Shown: positions 13,560-27,224 of the stretch, piece by piece
Numbering within the stretch: position 1 is the first letter of the stretch
How the letters are laid out: the number at the start of each line of letters is the position of its first letter
Origin: Octopus vulgaris
Taxonomy: Eukaryota
DNA length: 64,000 nucleotides
Direction: 5' to 3'
Assembly (NCBI GenBank): GCA_951406725.2
Contig: OX597814.1
Coordinates: 131,254,001-131,318,000 of the forward strand
Notes under the pieces: model-generated
What the model saw: only the letters and a program-made list of their open reading frames with translations
What the model was told of the DNA's origin: nothing
The model's database searches: none
Program-made: the position numbers and the translations under genes

Positions 13560-13669
13560 TAAAGTGTCTTTTGGCGTCTATTTTTACAATGCATGGCGAA
13601 GCGTATAACCAATCCCTTGTTATAATAATGTATATAATTATAAAATATTATGTGTGTGTGTAACTGCAC

Positions 13670-13865
13670 ACGGTCTGTTGGCGATTTTTCCATATTTTTC
13701 CTTTCTTCTCTTTGGATTTACCTGTTTCCGGCGAAGTGCTATGCTCGAAACGGTAGCAACAACTCTCTTTTTCACCGAGCGTCAAGTTAATAAATAGTTT
13801 GAGCACGTCCTAATGGTTGGGGTTTTTTTTTGTCTCTGTCTATTCGCTCACTGAATTGACCTTAT
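13670..13865 (+). mobile_element. Short hammerhead-like-motif element, degenerate (second subfamily)
   Basis: gttt-CCGGCGA-A-GTGC-tat-GCTC-GAAA at 13724-13750; homologous to 42980-43165. Confidence 0.55.
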
Positions 13866-13889
13866 ATATATTTGTGCGTGTGTGTGGGT

Positions 13890-13952
<63 letters not shown>

Positions 13953-14141
13953 GAGAGAGAGACACACACACACAAAAGGCAGACAGAGATCGATACAAAT
14001 ATATACACATATATAGATACATAAATATATATGAATATATACATATAAATGAATATATATATATGTGTCTGTATATAATATACATACATATATAGGTACT
14101 TTTATGTGTATTATATACTCAGTACGCATGTATATATGTAT

Positions 14142-14172
<31 letters not shown>

Positions 14173-14220
14173 CACACATATTTAATACATATAGTCATAT
14201 ATATACATATGTATATATAC

Positions 14221-14270
<50 letters not shown>

Positions 14271-14323
14271 ATATATTTATTTATATATATACTGCATATA
14301 TATACATATATATTGTATATATT

Positions 14324-14355
<32 letters not shown>

Positions 14356-14505
14356 TATTGTATATATTTATATATATGTATGCATATATATATATATGTA
14401 TATAAAGCTTGTATATATTTATATACGTGTGTGTAAAGATATGTATGTCTCTCTCTATATATATATATACATATATATATGTGTGTGTGTATGCACATAC
14501 ACACA

Positions 14506-14544
<39 letters not shown>

Positions 14545-14963
14545 CACGCTTTATGTCCTCGGGTAAGCATTAATAATATACGTACACAGATACATAACGT
14601 TAAAAAAAAAAGAACTCACAAAAGATCTCTTTATACTATAATGTTTATAAAAGTGAAGTGTATGAAACTAAGTCCATCACTCTGAAGAACAAATATACTA
14701 CGTATTACTTCTTAATGTGGTCACACGCGTGCGCGCGAACACATACCCACACGCTTCCACCCGCACAGAGCATCACTTCAACACCAACGCCGCCACCACC
14801 ACCACCACCACCACCACTGCCATTAGCACTAACCACCCCCGTTACCAATTCAGAGATTTGTTCTGTGTTGAAGGTGCTTTACACACTCACTTGACATCTG
14901 ATCGGAGATTTTAGTGCATTTTTAAATTGCGTATATAAATGGTTTGATTGTACTGTTTTTGTT

Positions 14964-15006
<43 letters not shown>

Positions 15007-15096
15007 ATGTACATGTGTATACGTATATTCATATGTGCGCGTATCTTTGCATGCGTGAGTATTTTTTTAATTACAAATTTCTATGTTGGTGTATAC

Positions 15097-15136
<40 letters not shown>

Positions 15137-15163
15137 AGGTGTATATGTGTATGCATGCATGTA

Positions 15164-15208
<45 letters not shown>

Positions 15209-15251
15209 GTATATGTGTATGTATATATATGTGTGTATGTGTATATACACA

Positions 15252-15322
<71 letters not shown>

Positions 15323-15413
15323 CGGGAAGCTTTATGAAAATAAACAAAAGACGAAGGCAGGTGGAAAACAAACGAACAATTGTATTAGTATGGCGCTCAG
15401 GAAATATAAATAA

Positions 15414-15462
<49 letters not shown>

Positions 15463-15484
15463 CACACACAAATATATATCATAC

Positions 15485-15630
15485 AGGCTCAGCCGTGTCT
15501 CTGTGGTAAGAAGGTTGCTTCTCAACCACATAATTCCGGGTTCAGTCCCACTGCGTGGCACCTTCGGCAAGTGTCTTCTACTATAGCTTCGGTCCGACCA
15601 AAGCCTTGTGAGTGAAAGGAGCCCGTCGTA
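15485..15630 (+). mobile_element. SINE family B, 5' part
   Basis: Head and ggcaagtgtcttctactatag block. Confidence 0.8.
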
Positions 15631-15640
15631 TATGAGTGTG

Positions 15641-15683
<43 letters not shown>

Positions 15684-15924
15684 TTGTGTATACATGCTTA
15701 TATAAATGCATACACGCGCGTGCATAATGAAGCAACTGCACACAACCACATGCACATGTAGACGTTCTCTTACACATGCACCTACACATCTATGCACAAC
15801 CCCTAAACAATGTTTTAGGGTGGAGAATTTTATTGTGGCTGAGGGGATGTTTGTGTGGGGTGTGAATTCTACCATGTCGGAGGATCAGTGTTTATAATAT
15901 TTCAGTATAAGGCTTGGTTGTGGA

Positions 15925-16225
15925 GTTGGACTGTACTGGATGGTCACGGAGATAGACTGTACTCGAATGGTGGCGGTAGTGGTGGTGGTGGTGGTGGGGG
16001 GGATCATAGCCTGTGGACTGTATCGAGGACTGGCCATCGAAGTTGACTCTACCGGATGGTCATGGAGATAGAGATGGATCTTGTACTGTATTGAGATAGA
16101 TTGTATTGAGGTCAGGTCATTGGCGTTGACTCTATTGGATGGTCATTGAAGTGGACTCTATCGAGTGGTCCTGAAGATGGACTGTACTGAGTGGTCATGA
16201 GGGGTGGAAGCTCTACAGACACTAA
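15925..16225 (+). repeat. Degenerate minisatellite, ~25-30-bp unit (gactgtactggatggtcatgga-like)
   Basis: About 8-9 recurrences of gactNtaN...ggtca. Confidence 0.6.
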
Positions 16226-16371
16226 TTATTGAGCTAGACTGTCCTAAACGGTGAGCATGATATAGCTTCTCTCCCAGATCGAAGTCCAGCTGTACTTTGA
16301 ATCTGGCGAGAGTTTTACATTTTCCTTCGTTCCAATAATGATAGAGCAAGAGAGAAAAAACTGGAAATCCT

Positions 16372-16680
16372 ACGGTTACGGCGACGAGGGTTCCAGTTGC
16401 TCCGATCAGCGGATCAGCCTGCTCGTGAAAATACCATACAAGTGGCTGAGCATTCCACAGACACGTATAACCCTTAACATAGTTGTCAGGGAGATTCTGC
16501 GTGACACAGAAGGTGATAAAACTGAAATACTAGGTACTACTCGTTTTTGCCAGCTGAGTGGACTTGGAACACCGAGAAATAAAGTATCCTTGCTCAAGGA
16601 CAGAGGGCAGCGCTGGGAATAGAACACACGGCGTTAGGGTTTTGAGTTGAATACCCGAACCTCTAAGCCATGTGCCTTCA
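16372..16680 (-). mobile_element. SINE family E (CORE-like central block, distinct tail)
   Basis: Minus strand tRNA-like head, ccttgagcaaggatactttatttc..ccactcagctg block; tail shared with 47995-48110. Confidence 0.8.
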
Positions 16681-16689
16681 ATATCAATG

Positions 16690-16972
16690 TCACCGTGACC
16701 GACCAGGCTATCAGATGTTGCTACACATCGCATTGTTTTAGCCTTCAAATGACGTCACCCCGCTGGCTAAGCGAGCAGGCCAACAGAAGAAAGAGTGAGA
16801 AAAAGTTGTGGCCAAAGAGTACAGCAGGGATCGCCACCAACCCCTGCCGGAGCCTCATGGAGCTTTAGGTGTTTTCGGTCAATAAACACTCACAACGCCC
16901 GGTCTGGAAATCGAAGCCGCGATCCTACGACTGCGAGTCCGCTGCCCTAACTACTGGGCCATTGCTCCTCCC
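16690..16972 (-). mobile_element. SINE with family-A-like head and a different 3' tail
   Basis: Head (ggactcgcagtcg) and cacaactttttctcactctt block as in family A; tail unrelated. Confidence 0.8.
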
Positions 16973-16984
16973 AATATCAACGTG

Positions 16985-17372
16985 TATATTACTATATTTG
17001 CAGGTTCCTCATAAATGGTCCATAGGTGTTTTCTTTCTCCTACTTATCTCTACTTCCTTTTACTCACCACATTGATGTTAGACGGGTAGCTGGCTTTCTT
17101 AATGAAACATGCTATGCTATTTATTATTCCGTGATCCCAAACAGCAATATCAGGCCGGTTGAGTTTTAATTTAGTGGCTACTTCTGTGCATTAGATTCCG
17201 CCGATATTCTTACGATTCCTCAGTCTCGGTATATTCATCTTTCTTTGTTGTTATTTCTCTTTCTCACGCTATACCAGATTGCTCTAGCTGTACAACACCA
17301 TGTCTCATGGGAAGATAGTATCTAGAGGACATTCTCTCATAGTTGGCAAATGATGTGGCATGTGCATATACA
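16985..17372 (-). pseudogene. RLE-type (R4/Dong-like) non-LTR retrotransposon remnant
   Basis: Minus peptides MSSRYYLPMRHGVV (RH after CCHC), KLNRPDIAVWD (PD-(D/E)xK start), EKENTYGPFMRNLQI. Confidence 0.8.
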
Positions 17373-17385
17373 CATGTATGTATAT

Positions 17386-17437
<52 letters not shown>

Positions 17438-17443
17438 CACATA

Positions 17444-17541
<98 letters not shown>

Positions 17542-17709
17542 CATACACATTCACACATGTATATGTACATACGTATACATGTATCTATGTATGCACGTAT
17601 GTACGGTCTCATGCATATATATATACATACATATTTATGCATGTATATATACATACACACACACATATATATATATATATACCTATATCTGTGTGTATAT
17701 ATATACCTA

Positions 17710-17759
<50 letters not shown>

Positions 17760-18399
17760 AATATATATACGTACACATATATATATATATATACAGATAC
17801 ATATATGTATATATATATATATGTGTGTGTGTGTGCGTGTGTATGCGGGTTTGTGTGTGTATATATATATACATAGATGTGTGTGTGCGTGTGTATGCGG
17901 GTTTGTGTGTGTATATATATATATATATACATAGATGTGTGTGTGTGTGTGTAGGTATACGTCTTTGTGTGCATGTGTATACGTGTGTTTAAGAATGCGG
18001 GTTTGTGTATATATATATGCATGTATGTATGTACGCATATAAAATAATCTATGAGACTACGCATATCGTCTCTCTCTCTCTCACATACTTTTCTCACTCT
18101 CTCATCGCCTGTCTTTATCTCACTTTGATCGATTATCTCATGTTTAGTATTTTTACCGGCTGCCTACTCGTTGACAAGGTTATAAGGAAGATATTAAGGA
18201 CAAAGAGAACGAAAGAAAGAAAGAAATATATGAAGGACAAGGTAGGAGTGAAAGAGAGAGGAGGGGGGAGAGAGAAATGGAAGATTAGCTGAGAGAGAGG
18301 GAGATGGGGAGGAAGAAACTGGATGACTAACAGACAGAGGGAGGAAAGAGAGTGACTGCGAAACTGAGAGAGACATAAATGGTAGGGAGGGAGAAAGAG

Positions 18400-18646
18400 T
18401 GACAATGGAAAACCTGGAGAGAGAGTAAGAGTAAGAGAAAGAGAGAGAGAGAGAATAGAAGAGTAAGAGAAATAGAGAGGGGAAGGGAAAAGAATGACTA
18501 TGGAAAACTAGAAATGAACGAGAGAGAGAACGAGAGACAAAGCGAAAGAGAGAGAGGGGGGAGGAGAACCGAAAATTAACAGAGAGCGAAAGCTAGAGAG
18601 TGAGTGGGAAAGAGAAAGATGGAAGGAGAAGGAGTGACAATTGAAG

Positions 18647-18706
<60 letters not shown>

Positions 18707-18960
18707 GAAAAGTATGAGAAATAGGAGGGAGAAACAGAGAGGGGAAAGGGAAAAGAATGAATATGGAAAACTAGAAAAGAACGAGAGACACAAAGTGAAA
18801 GAGAGAGAGAGAGAGAGGGGGGAGAAGCGAAAATTAACAGAGAGCGAAAGAGAGAGAGAGAGAGAGTGAGTGGGAAAGAGAAAGATGGAAGGAGAAAGAA
18901 TAACACAATTGAAGGCTAAGAGAGAGAGAAGGAGAGAGAGAGAGAGTGAGAGAGTGAATA
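18400..18960 (+). repeat. Purine-rich (GA)n tract with ~270-bp tandem duplication
   Basis: cgaaaattaacagagagcgaaag and gagtgagtgggaaagagaaagatggaaggagaa each occur twice about 265 bp apart. Confidence 0.8.
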
Positions 18961-19419
18961 GGAGACTGACGGAGAAAGAGAGAGCGAACGAGTGAGATGG
19001 TGTTGAGAAAGGAAAAGACCAAGACGAGAAAATAGATGAACGAGATAAATATGTCTTTCCTCGCCAGTTCGTTTTAAACTTCAGAAAAAGTTTCGCTTAT
19101 TCTCATCGTTGTTCCTCCAGCAATAAATATATAAAAAATTTTTACATGTATTGAGTAATATTTTCTTTCTCTTTGCGCATAAAACACGCACACATACGTA
19201 CACGGATATACACATACACGCATACACACACAGCCGCGCACATACATGCATACATAGACGCTCGTGCACACACGCGTACGTGAGTACGCGCGCGTGAATG
19301 TAAGACCAACCCATAAAAGATACTCAGTAAAGTACTTAATACCTTAAGAAGCGGTGTGTATGCGTGTGAATATATGCATATACATACGTATAAATTAATA
19401 TACATACATACGTACACAT

Positions 19420-19580
19420 TCTCAAATTTTTTTCTCCCCTTGTTTCTTTCAGTGTTCCTTACTGTAGAAGAGCATAGGCTCGAAACGTTAAAGACATTTT
19501 CACTTCCCGAACGTTATACTAATATATCTGTTTGTTGTCTACACCACTTATCTTCGTCTATTTTTTTTATTCTCTACATA
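19420..19580 (+). mobile_element. Short (TA)n-tailed hammerhead-like-motif element
   Basis: CTGTAGA-A-GAGC-atag-GCTC-GAAA-cg-TT-aaag at 19457-19495. Confidence 0.75.
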
Positions 19581-19627
<47 letters not shown>

Positions 19628-19705
19628 ATAAATATTAGGGAATAAATCCAAATTTACAGGGAAAAATCAGATTTAGGATTGAATCCAATGTTATAGTAAA
19701 ATATT

Positions 19706-19800
19706 ATATAATATTAATTAGAGACAAAACCACTATTTTGATTAAGTCTTTCCTTGTTTGATTTGCAAAATAGTGGTTTTGTCTCTAATTAATATTATAT
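19706..19800. repeat. Perfect 35-bp-arm inverted repeat ending in (TA)n
   Basis: 19706-19740 vs 19766-19800. Confidence 0.95.
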
Positions 19801-20229
19801 ATATATATATATATAAAGGATGTGTTATAATGCAATTCCATATATACAAAAACAGCCATATCAACAATCCAACATATCTCCATCATCAGCTGCCCCACGA
19901 ATGTCATTATAGTTTCGACACCTGGGCAGTACCATTCAATGCGGCGGTGCTAACAACTCTAAGTGTTGTTTAGGAACAATCATACCAAAGAAACCATAGC
20001 TTTCAAACACATTTACTCTATGTACAATAGTATCGGTAAATAAATTCAATAAGTAAATCTATGACCAACTCTTAAATATGTAACTAAACAGCAACCAAAC
20101 CTTTAAGTCATACAAAAAATATTCCCTACAGTCTTCCATACTATAATATAAAAGTGAAAGCTTAATAACCACGTTCATTCAATCTAAATATAGGCAGGAT
20201 TAAACGCTAACTTTAAAACTAAACTTCAA

Positions 20230-20443
20230 CAAAGAAGTGGGGGGGGGGGTCTGTATAGGTAAATAATTTTTGGTGTTAACATGGTCCGATTTGAATTTTT
20301 TCTTCTACGGAATGAAGAGCAAGCCTTCTTTCTATCATACTCTCAATTTTGGTCAACTTGCGCCGCAGGGTCTCGGAGGAGATAGTGTTAGTTAAAGGCT
20401 ACCAAACCTGTCATACACAGACAACTTCAGCTTTATATAGAGA
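20230..20443 (-). mobile_element. Possible non-autonomous Helitron 5' end
   Basis: Minus strand starts tctatataaagctgaagttgtctgtgt, resembling TC-initiated Helitron 5' termini; 3' end not identified. Confidence 0.3.
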
Positions 20444-21147
20444 GACAGATAACGATCGCGGTACTTTCTATATTTCAATTCGTTCCTTATGTCGTCAATC
20501 TCTATCATGTAAGATACAGATCTCTTATTTAATAAAAGCTAAGCTTAAGTGAAGTACAGTTGTAACAAAATGTTCATTCATTCCATATCCGGTGTCAAAA
20601 CAACAGAAACCTTATCAGTGGGAATGCACCCCACTTCTTTATGTAATTTACCACAATCCTAATTGCTGTTCTCTCAATAGTTTTTGATTTCCTAAAGCAT
20701 TCCTTTGTATATCAAGCTAGGCTCTCCTTTACAGTTACCAGTGACAGATATATAGAGTTTATAGCAAAGAAAATTTGGAAACGCTCAGATACTGGAAAGT
20801 TTTAGCTCTTCATTGTACAAACAAGTCTGGAGTCTAAAATATGACAATAATTATTAAACATCGGCTTTTCCTTTAAAGAACACGCATATCCGTTCATTAA
20901 TGGTTCCAGAAGATGTCGTTGATATCTTTTGGAGAAATATAACATTCTGCTACAGCGGTTTTACAATTTTGATTAAAGATTGTAATTTGCAAATTTTTGT
21001 ATACACTTCAATCACTTTTAATTGAAAAACGTACTAAATGGCTAAAATTGTTTATTTCCTCTGTATTAGACTAGCCATATTATGAAAGATTTTCATGTCA
21101 ATAAGAAAGAAGAAAAACATTAATTAACAATTGCTAACTTCCTTGTT

Positions 21148-21435
21148 TGTGGAGGCACATAGCCAAGTGGTTAGAGCAGCGGACTCGTGGTCGAGAGATT
21201 GCGGGTTCGAATCTTAGATCATTTATGTTTATGAGCGAAACATCGAAGCTCAATGCGCTTCCGGCTGAAGGTAATAGCGAACTTCTGCTGACTCATTCGT
21301 CACAACTTTCTCTCACTATTTCCTCTTGCATCAAGCAGCTCACCTGCGACGGACCGGAAGCCTATACGCCAATGAAACCGGGAAACTGGGCCTTATAAGC
21401 TAGGCCTGGCTCGAGAAGGAACTAACAACAACAAC
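21148..21435 (+). mobile_element. SINE family A
   Basis: A/B boxes, TCG at the anticodon-like position (ggacTCGtgg), (AAC)n tail, imperfect TSD aacttcYttg. Confidence 0.88.
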
Positions 21436-21580
21436 TTCTTTGATTATGAGTGCTGCAATGAATACGATACTGAAAGCCTGAAAACGTCACGTAATTTTGC
21501 ATGTGAATACATGAAAATATGTGTTCTCCCCATGACATTTGAATAGATGGTGCATGATATAATTTCAAACGATATATATA

Positions 21581-21640
<60 letters not shown>

Positions 21641-21670
21641 CATACATACATACATACATACATACATACA

Positions 21671-21761
<91 letters not shown>

Positions 21762-21887
21762 AATGATGAGTGTATTTTACCTTGTTAACAATTAACACGG
21801 AAAAATAAATAAATAGTTACCAGGGCAGCAAAAATCTCACAAGTAAAGATGTTGTAACTCCTTGTTTATAAAGGTTGAAACTTCGTG

Positions 21888-21972
21888 TTTACGTTGAAGA
21901 GAAGATTGCATTGTTTATACCTTTTATTCTTTTGAATAGTATCAGTGGAATTTTCGAAACATATGTAGAAAG
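21888..21972 (+). ncRNA. Degenerate hammerhead-like motif with extended stem II in a (TA)n-flanked unit
   Basis: TTGAAGA-gaagattgcattg..cagtggaattttc-GAAA-catatg-TA; same family as 45278-45340. Confidence 0.45.
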
Positions 21973-22032
21973 TAAAAATATTTGTTTAAACCTGCGTTAA
22001 CTCCATTTTTATTCATATATATATATATATAT

Positions 22033-22086
<54 letters not shown>

Positions 22087-22090
22087 ATAT

Positions 22091-22152
<62 letters not shown>

Positions 22153-22927
22153 GTATGTATGTATGTATATATATATATATATATGTATGTATATATATAT
22201 ATATACTGTTGTGTCCGGAGAGAGTCATTTTCTTTTTGTGCCTACCTGTATGTGTGTGTGTGTGTGTGGTATATAATGCAGTGTTCCACCAGCTTTAAAT
22301 TGACTTTAAATTTCAGCGCGGGAATTACTAACAACTATTGTCTTTAATTATCTTTAATACCTAAGATAAGATAATTTTCCAGTGATGGTCATATTCATCT
22401 TCAAATTGACAGCCACTATGTATGTGTGTATGTCTGCCTGTATGTATGTATGCATGCATTAATGACTTTCTTTATGATTTAAGTTCATCGCAGAATTCAA
22501 GCCTGTCACTAACAAAATAACAAGACTCTCTTGCTTTCAGTCATGTACGTAGATATATTACATATTCGTTCATCTTTTCTATGGCTTCTTCAACCATCAC
22601 ACTTAACAATTCACCTACAGTATGCTCCCCAACTCTCTCTTTCTCTCTTTCTCTCTCTCTCCCTCTCTCACACACACCTTTGTCTTTCTGTTTCTTCTTC
22701 TCTTAGTATTCAGTTTCCTCTTCTTATCCAACCAAGAATTTCGCAAGTGTTCAAGGATGCTGTTGCTTCATGAAGAAGACACGAAACCATGATTTCCTGC
22801 AATTTCGACCTATATGTGTAGATGAATAGTGTGTGTGTGTGTGTGTGTGTGTGTGCTTGCGCGTGTGTGCGTTGCATGCGTGTGCCTGTATATGAACGCG
22901 TGTGTATCTATCTATCTACCTACATAT

Positions 22928-22993
<66 letters not shown>

Positions 22994-23090
22994 GCCTACC
23001 TATCTATCTACCTATCTATCTATCTACCTATCTATCTACCTATCTATCTACCTACCTATCTATCTATCTGTCTGTCTATCTTTCTCTCTG

Positions 23091-23137
<47 letters not shown>

Positions 23138-23149
23138 GTTTAATACAGA

Positions 23150-23840
23150 AGGGATATGAAACTTGCCCAACATCAGCAAACGCATGCGGCAGTACATCAA
23201 ATGGAGTCTCAAGACAGAAGTGAGATGAAACTTTATGAAGATCAGCAAAGGCCTGTTGCAGCAAGTCAGATGGAGTCTCAAAAGAGACGGAAGATGAGAC
23301 TTTCCCAAGATCAGCAAACGCATGCTGCAGCACTTAATGCTGAATCATCAGAGCAACGTTTTAATGATTAGATAACAATCTTATAGAATTGGTACGTAGA
23401 AACCGACTACGTACCAATTCGTTCTTCACACCTCCCGGGACTGCTTTTAGATATAATCCATCCCATTCTTATCAAAATTGATAATTTTTTCCAAATTGTT
23501 GTGCTAAACTTAAATTGTCGTTTCTGCAAAGCTTTAAAATTTCCAAATGAAACTAATCGCATGTGCTGCCCAGCTGGTAAGGTAAGAGTACCAGCACTAC
23601 CAGCTCCTTCTCAACCCTTTATAGATCTTCTGGAAAGCGTTTCCATCCAGTCAAACGATATCAGACAATGCAACTGTGTATTTCAAATGATATCGTTTGG
23701 TGCATCTTAGGAGATAGTTGAACGTGGATTTATGCTAACGTTCAAAGTTCAATGGCAAGTCTATCATCTCATTGGTTCCCTGTTACCCACAAATGAACAA
23801 CCACAGTTCCTCCAAATTTACTTTAAGAGTGATTGATGTA
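23150..23840 (+). pseudogene. Helitron Rep/helicase N-terminal remnant
   Basis: ~22-aa charged repeats (RLSQDQQTHAAA), zinc finger CRFCKALKFPNETNRMCCPAGKV, then FQMISFGA, FKVQWQVYHLIGSLLP, PQFLQIYF; in-frame stops. Confidence 0.9.
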
Positions 23841-24208
23841 AGACAACAAACCCGAAGGAGGTGTCAAAACTTCAGACAATGGGTTGTGTTAGATGCAGCA
23901 CCGACTGTCACACGGAACCCAGAACCATGTTGTTGGTAAGCAAGCTACTTACCACTCAGCCACTCCTACGCCTCTATATGAATATATATTTATAGGTTGT
24001 TAGAGGTGATGTACAGATTTTGTATATTAAGAGAAAGGTGGGAGTCAGAATTTTGGATAATTCTTTATTCAACGCTTTTGTCCATTCGTTGTGACTCTAA
24101 AGAATGTATGTATGTATGTATGTATGTATGTATGTATGTATGTATGTATGTATGTATGTATGTATGTATGTATGTATATATGTATGTATGTATGTATGCA
24201 TGCATGTG

Positions 24209-24247
<39 letters not shown>

Positions 24248-24583
24248 GTAAAATATAGGGTAGCGATTTGTTTTGGTTTTTGTTGTTATTTGGTTGTTGT
24301 TTTATTGTTTTTTTTATAGAAATTTCACTACGATTGACCTAGCATGTATAAAAGGTCAATGGACAACACATTCTCAATATAAAATCGTGTACATTTAAAC
24401 ACAAGAGAAACTGCCCTTAACAGGCAGCTTTACACGCTAGAAGAAGTAGTCAAAACGACCAAAGCCACATTTAAGAGCAATTTTGAAGGGAATGAAATGT
24501 ATGTATGTATATGTATGTGTGTGTGTGTGTGTGTGTGTACATATATACATATATATACATGTATATATAAGGATACAGATAGG

Positions 24584-24679
<96 letters not shown>

Positions 24680-24734
24680 CAGACAGACACATATTTATAA
24701 TACATACACGCACGTGCATACTCACACTCACACG

Positions 24735-24801
<67 letters not shown>

Positions 24802-25395
24802 TCACAAGCGCATACAGACAAAAGCGCATGTACCAATACATCATCGTATAAGACATATATTCGTACACACTAAATGTCGGGGTGAATGAGCGGTCAACTA
24901 GATTTATTTGTTCCTTGCCTCCCCCTTGAACTTATGACAGAGGAAATGAAAGAGTGCAAGAGTGAGGGTGTGAGGATAACATTAGATAAAGAGGGAAGAG
25001 GTGAAAGGTGGGGAGGGGAAGTTGAGAAACAAAGAAAGGAGATTTTCAACGGCTAAGTTTTGTAGCGCTGAATGGAAATGTCTGTTTGAGGGGAAAACAT
25101 ACTTCTACGATATCCGGTGGTGTAGCATTGGAAACGTATACGTACAGATATATCCATCATTATTCTTTTTGTGAGCACACACTCACACATGCAAAAACAC
25201 ACATACACAAACCCAAACGTGGTGGTTCACATTCGCGCGCACTTATGGCTATATGAATGTACATAGGTATATTTGTATATACATACATGTGATACATGTA
25301 TAATAAAGAAATAACATGTGATACATGTATTCTCTGCCAGCTATGCTGTTTTATATATATATATATATATAATTATATATATATATATATATAAT

Positions 25396-25490
<95 letters not shown>

Positions 25491-26089
25491 CATATTGTAT
25501 AAAAGATCGTGGGTTTGGCCAAGACAATGCGAAGTAAATGCAAGGTAAATCACAAGAAAACAAACGTGAATTTATGCTGACTTACCTTGTATTCAATATT
25601 TCGGGGTTATGATCCCATTTTCAAGAAATTGACGAATGTTGCCGATGTGCACACCGGCATATAAGTGAAGTTTACGGGCACGTATATTTATATGTGCATA
25701 TGTATACTTATACATACACAAACGCATATATATTGATAGAAACATGCACGTATATTATATGTGTATATACACACACACACAAACATGTATGTATGTATAT
25801 ATGTATGTATACCCATATTTGCACGCACATATATTGATAGATATAGTAAAGCGTTGCACAAAGGAACACACGGAAAAATCACAGAAGATATGGACATACA
25901 TCCCTGATGAATTATCGGCCCAAAATCATCACAATTTCGCACCATTATATATTCTTTTATTTGTTTCAGTCATTTGACTGTTGTCATGCTAGATATATAT
26001 ATACATATATGAGGACAATAATATGCAGTTTAATGCAGAAAAATTCTAAGTCTTGCGCTACCAGCGTCCAAAATTTAATATATATAAAC

Positions 26090-26845
26090 TGAAAACTCAC
26101 AGGATACACTGGTCCACATGGGATTACAATCCCAGTGCCTTAATCAGTGAGGGACCTGGGTATCAACATGAGTGATGATACCTCTTTCCAAGTGCACATT
26201 ACCAGGATGGCGACAAAGTGCAGGCGTCTGGCTGGCTGGATCCTGAGAACGTTCAGAATAAGAGACAAAGAAACCATGATGGTGGACATTCGTCCTCAGC
26301 CGCCTGGACTACTGCTCCCATCTATGTTCACCCAACAGTGTAAAATTAAGAGCGGACCTTGAAGCAATCCAATGAAGCTTCACAAAGAAGATCGTCTCGT
26401 TGCAACAGTGCAGTTCCTGGGAAAGGCTGAAGCAGCTAAGACTCTACTCCTTGGAGCGAAGGCGGGAAAGGTATGCAGTAATATACATCTGGAAGATCCT
26501 GGAAGGAATTGTGCCAAATTTTGGCATTAAAAGCTACACCAATGCCAGAATGGGTCGACACTGCACAGTGCCAAAGATTCCAGCTATGCCATCGCACTTC
26601 AGGACCAGTTACTGCAGCAGCCTGGGTTTCAGGAGCCCACAGTTTTTTAATATTCTCCCAAAGAGCCTGAGGGACCTAAATGTAGGTGTTTTCAAATCAA
26701 AACTGGACCTCTTCCTGTCGAGAGTCCTAGATGAACCTACCTCACGGCAAGACGTGCAAATGAGGGGAGCAACATCAAACTCTCTGATTCACCAAACGCT
26801 ACATATTAAACGAGACTCTCAATAATAACAGTGAAGCAAAACGGC
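26090..26845 (+). pseudogene. CR1-group LINE ORF2 3' end, 5'-truncated, frameshifted
   Basis: RDLGINMSDD...LAGWILRTFRIRD, LSRLDYC, WERLKQLRLYSLERRRERY, FKSKLDLFL. Confidence 0.92.
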
Positions 26846-27178
26846 TTCATGTGTATGGGTGTGTGTGTATGTAGGGAATCAGGGTGTAATTTGTTTTACT
26901 CATTCCAGCTCAAGAGCCAAGTTAGGCCACCGTCTATGCTTTTGGTATAGTTTTAGTATAGCCCGACATCTGCAGTTTGCTTTTAGTGAATAAAATTGTT
27001 TGATATCGTTACACATAGATGCTCTTCTTTTCGACAGTTCACCTGGGATCTCAGACAGGATGTCTCGGTTCTTTGTGAATTCATTTGCGTCTATTCCAGG
27101 TAGATTTCTCGAGTTTATATATACATTTATATATGCATGTGCGTGTGTATTATATATGTGCGTGTATGTAAATATTGG

Positions 27179-27224
<46 letters not shown>

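Larger units (their letters stand above)
12222..13648. repeat. Older fold-back element (~230-bp arms) with two SINE insertions in the right arm
   Basis: 12222-12455 is the reverse complement of 12633-12651 + 13028-13153 + 13560-13648, with visible divergence. Confidence 0.85.

Noticed and set aside
15925-16225. Regularly spaced short repeat as CRISPR-like array
   Set aside because: Degenerate minisatellite without unique constant-length spacers; eukaryotic context, no cas genes.
20020-20160. Possible second Penelope endonuclease remnant (IVWKTVG..)
   Set aside because: Too decayed to support by eye; needs a translated search.
21148-21220. tRNA-like sequences with A/B boxes (also ~535-608, 57640-57708, 41420-41490)
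   Set aside because: SINE heads: no acceptor stem, continuous with SINE bodies and TSDs; not tRNA genes.
25575-25680. Minus-strand splice donor (AAG|GTAAGT) or U3-A8 hammerhead variant (TTGAAAA..GAAA)
   Set aside because: No convincing acceptor or coding signal for an exon; the ribozyme reading lacks stems I/III and a UH site.
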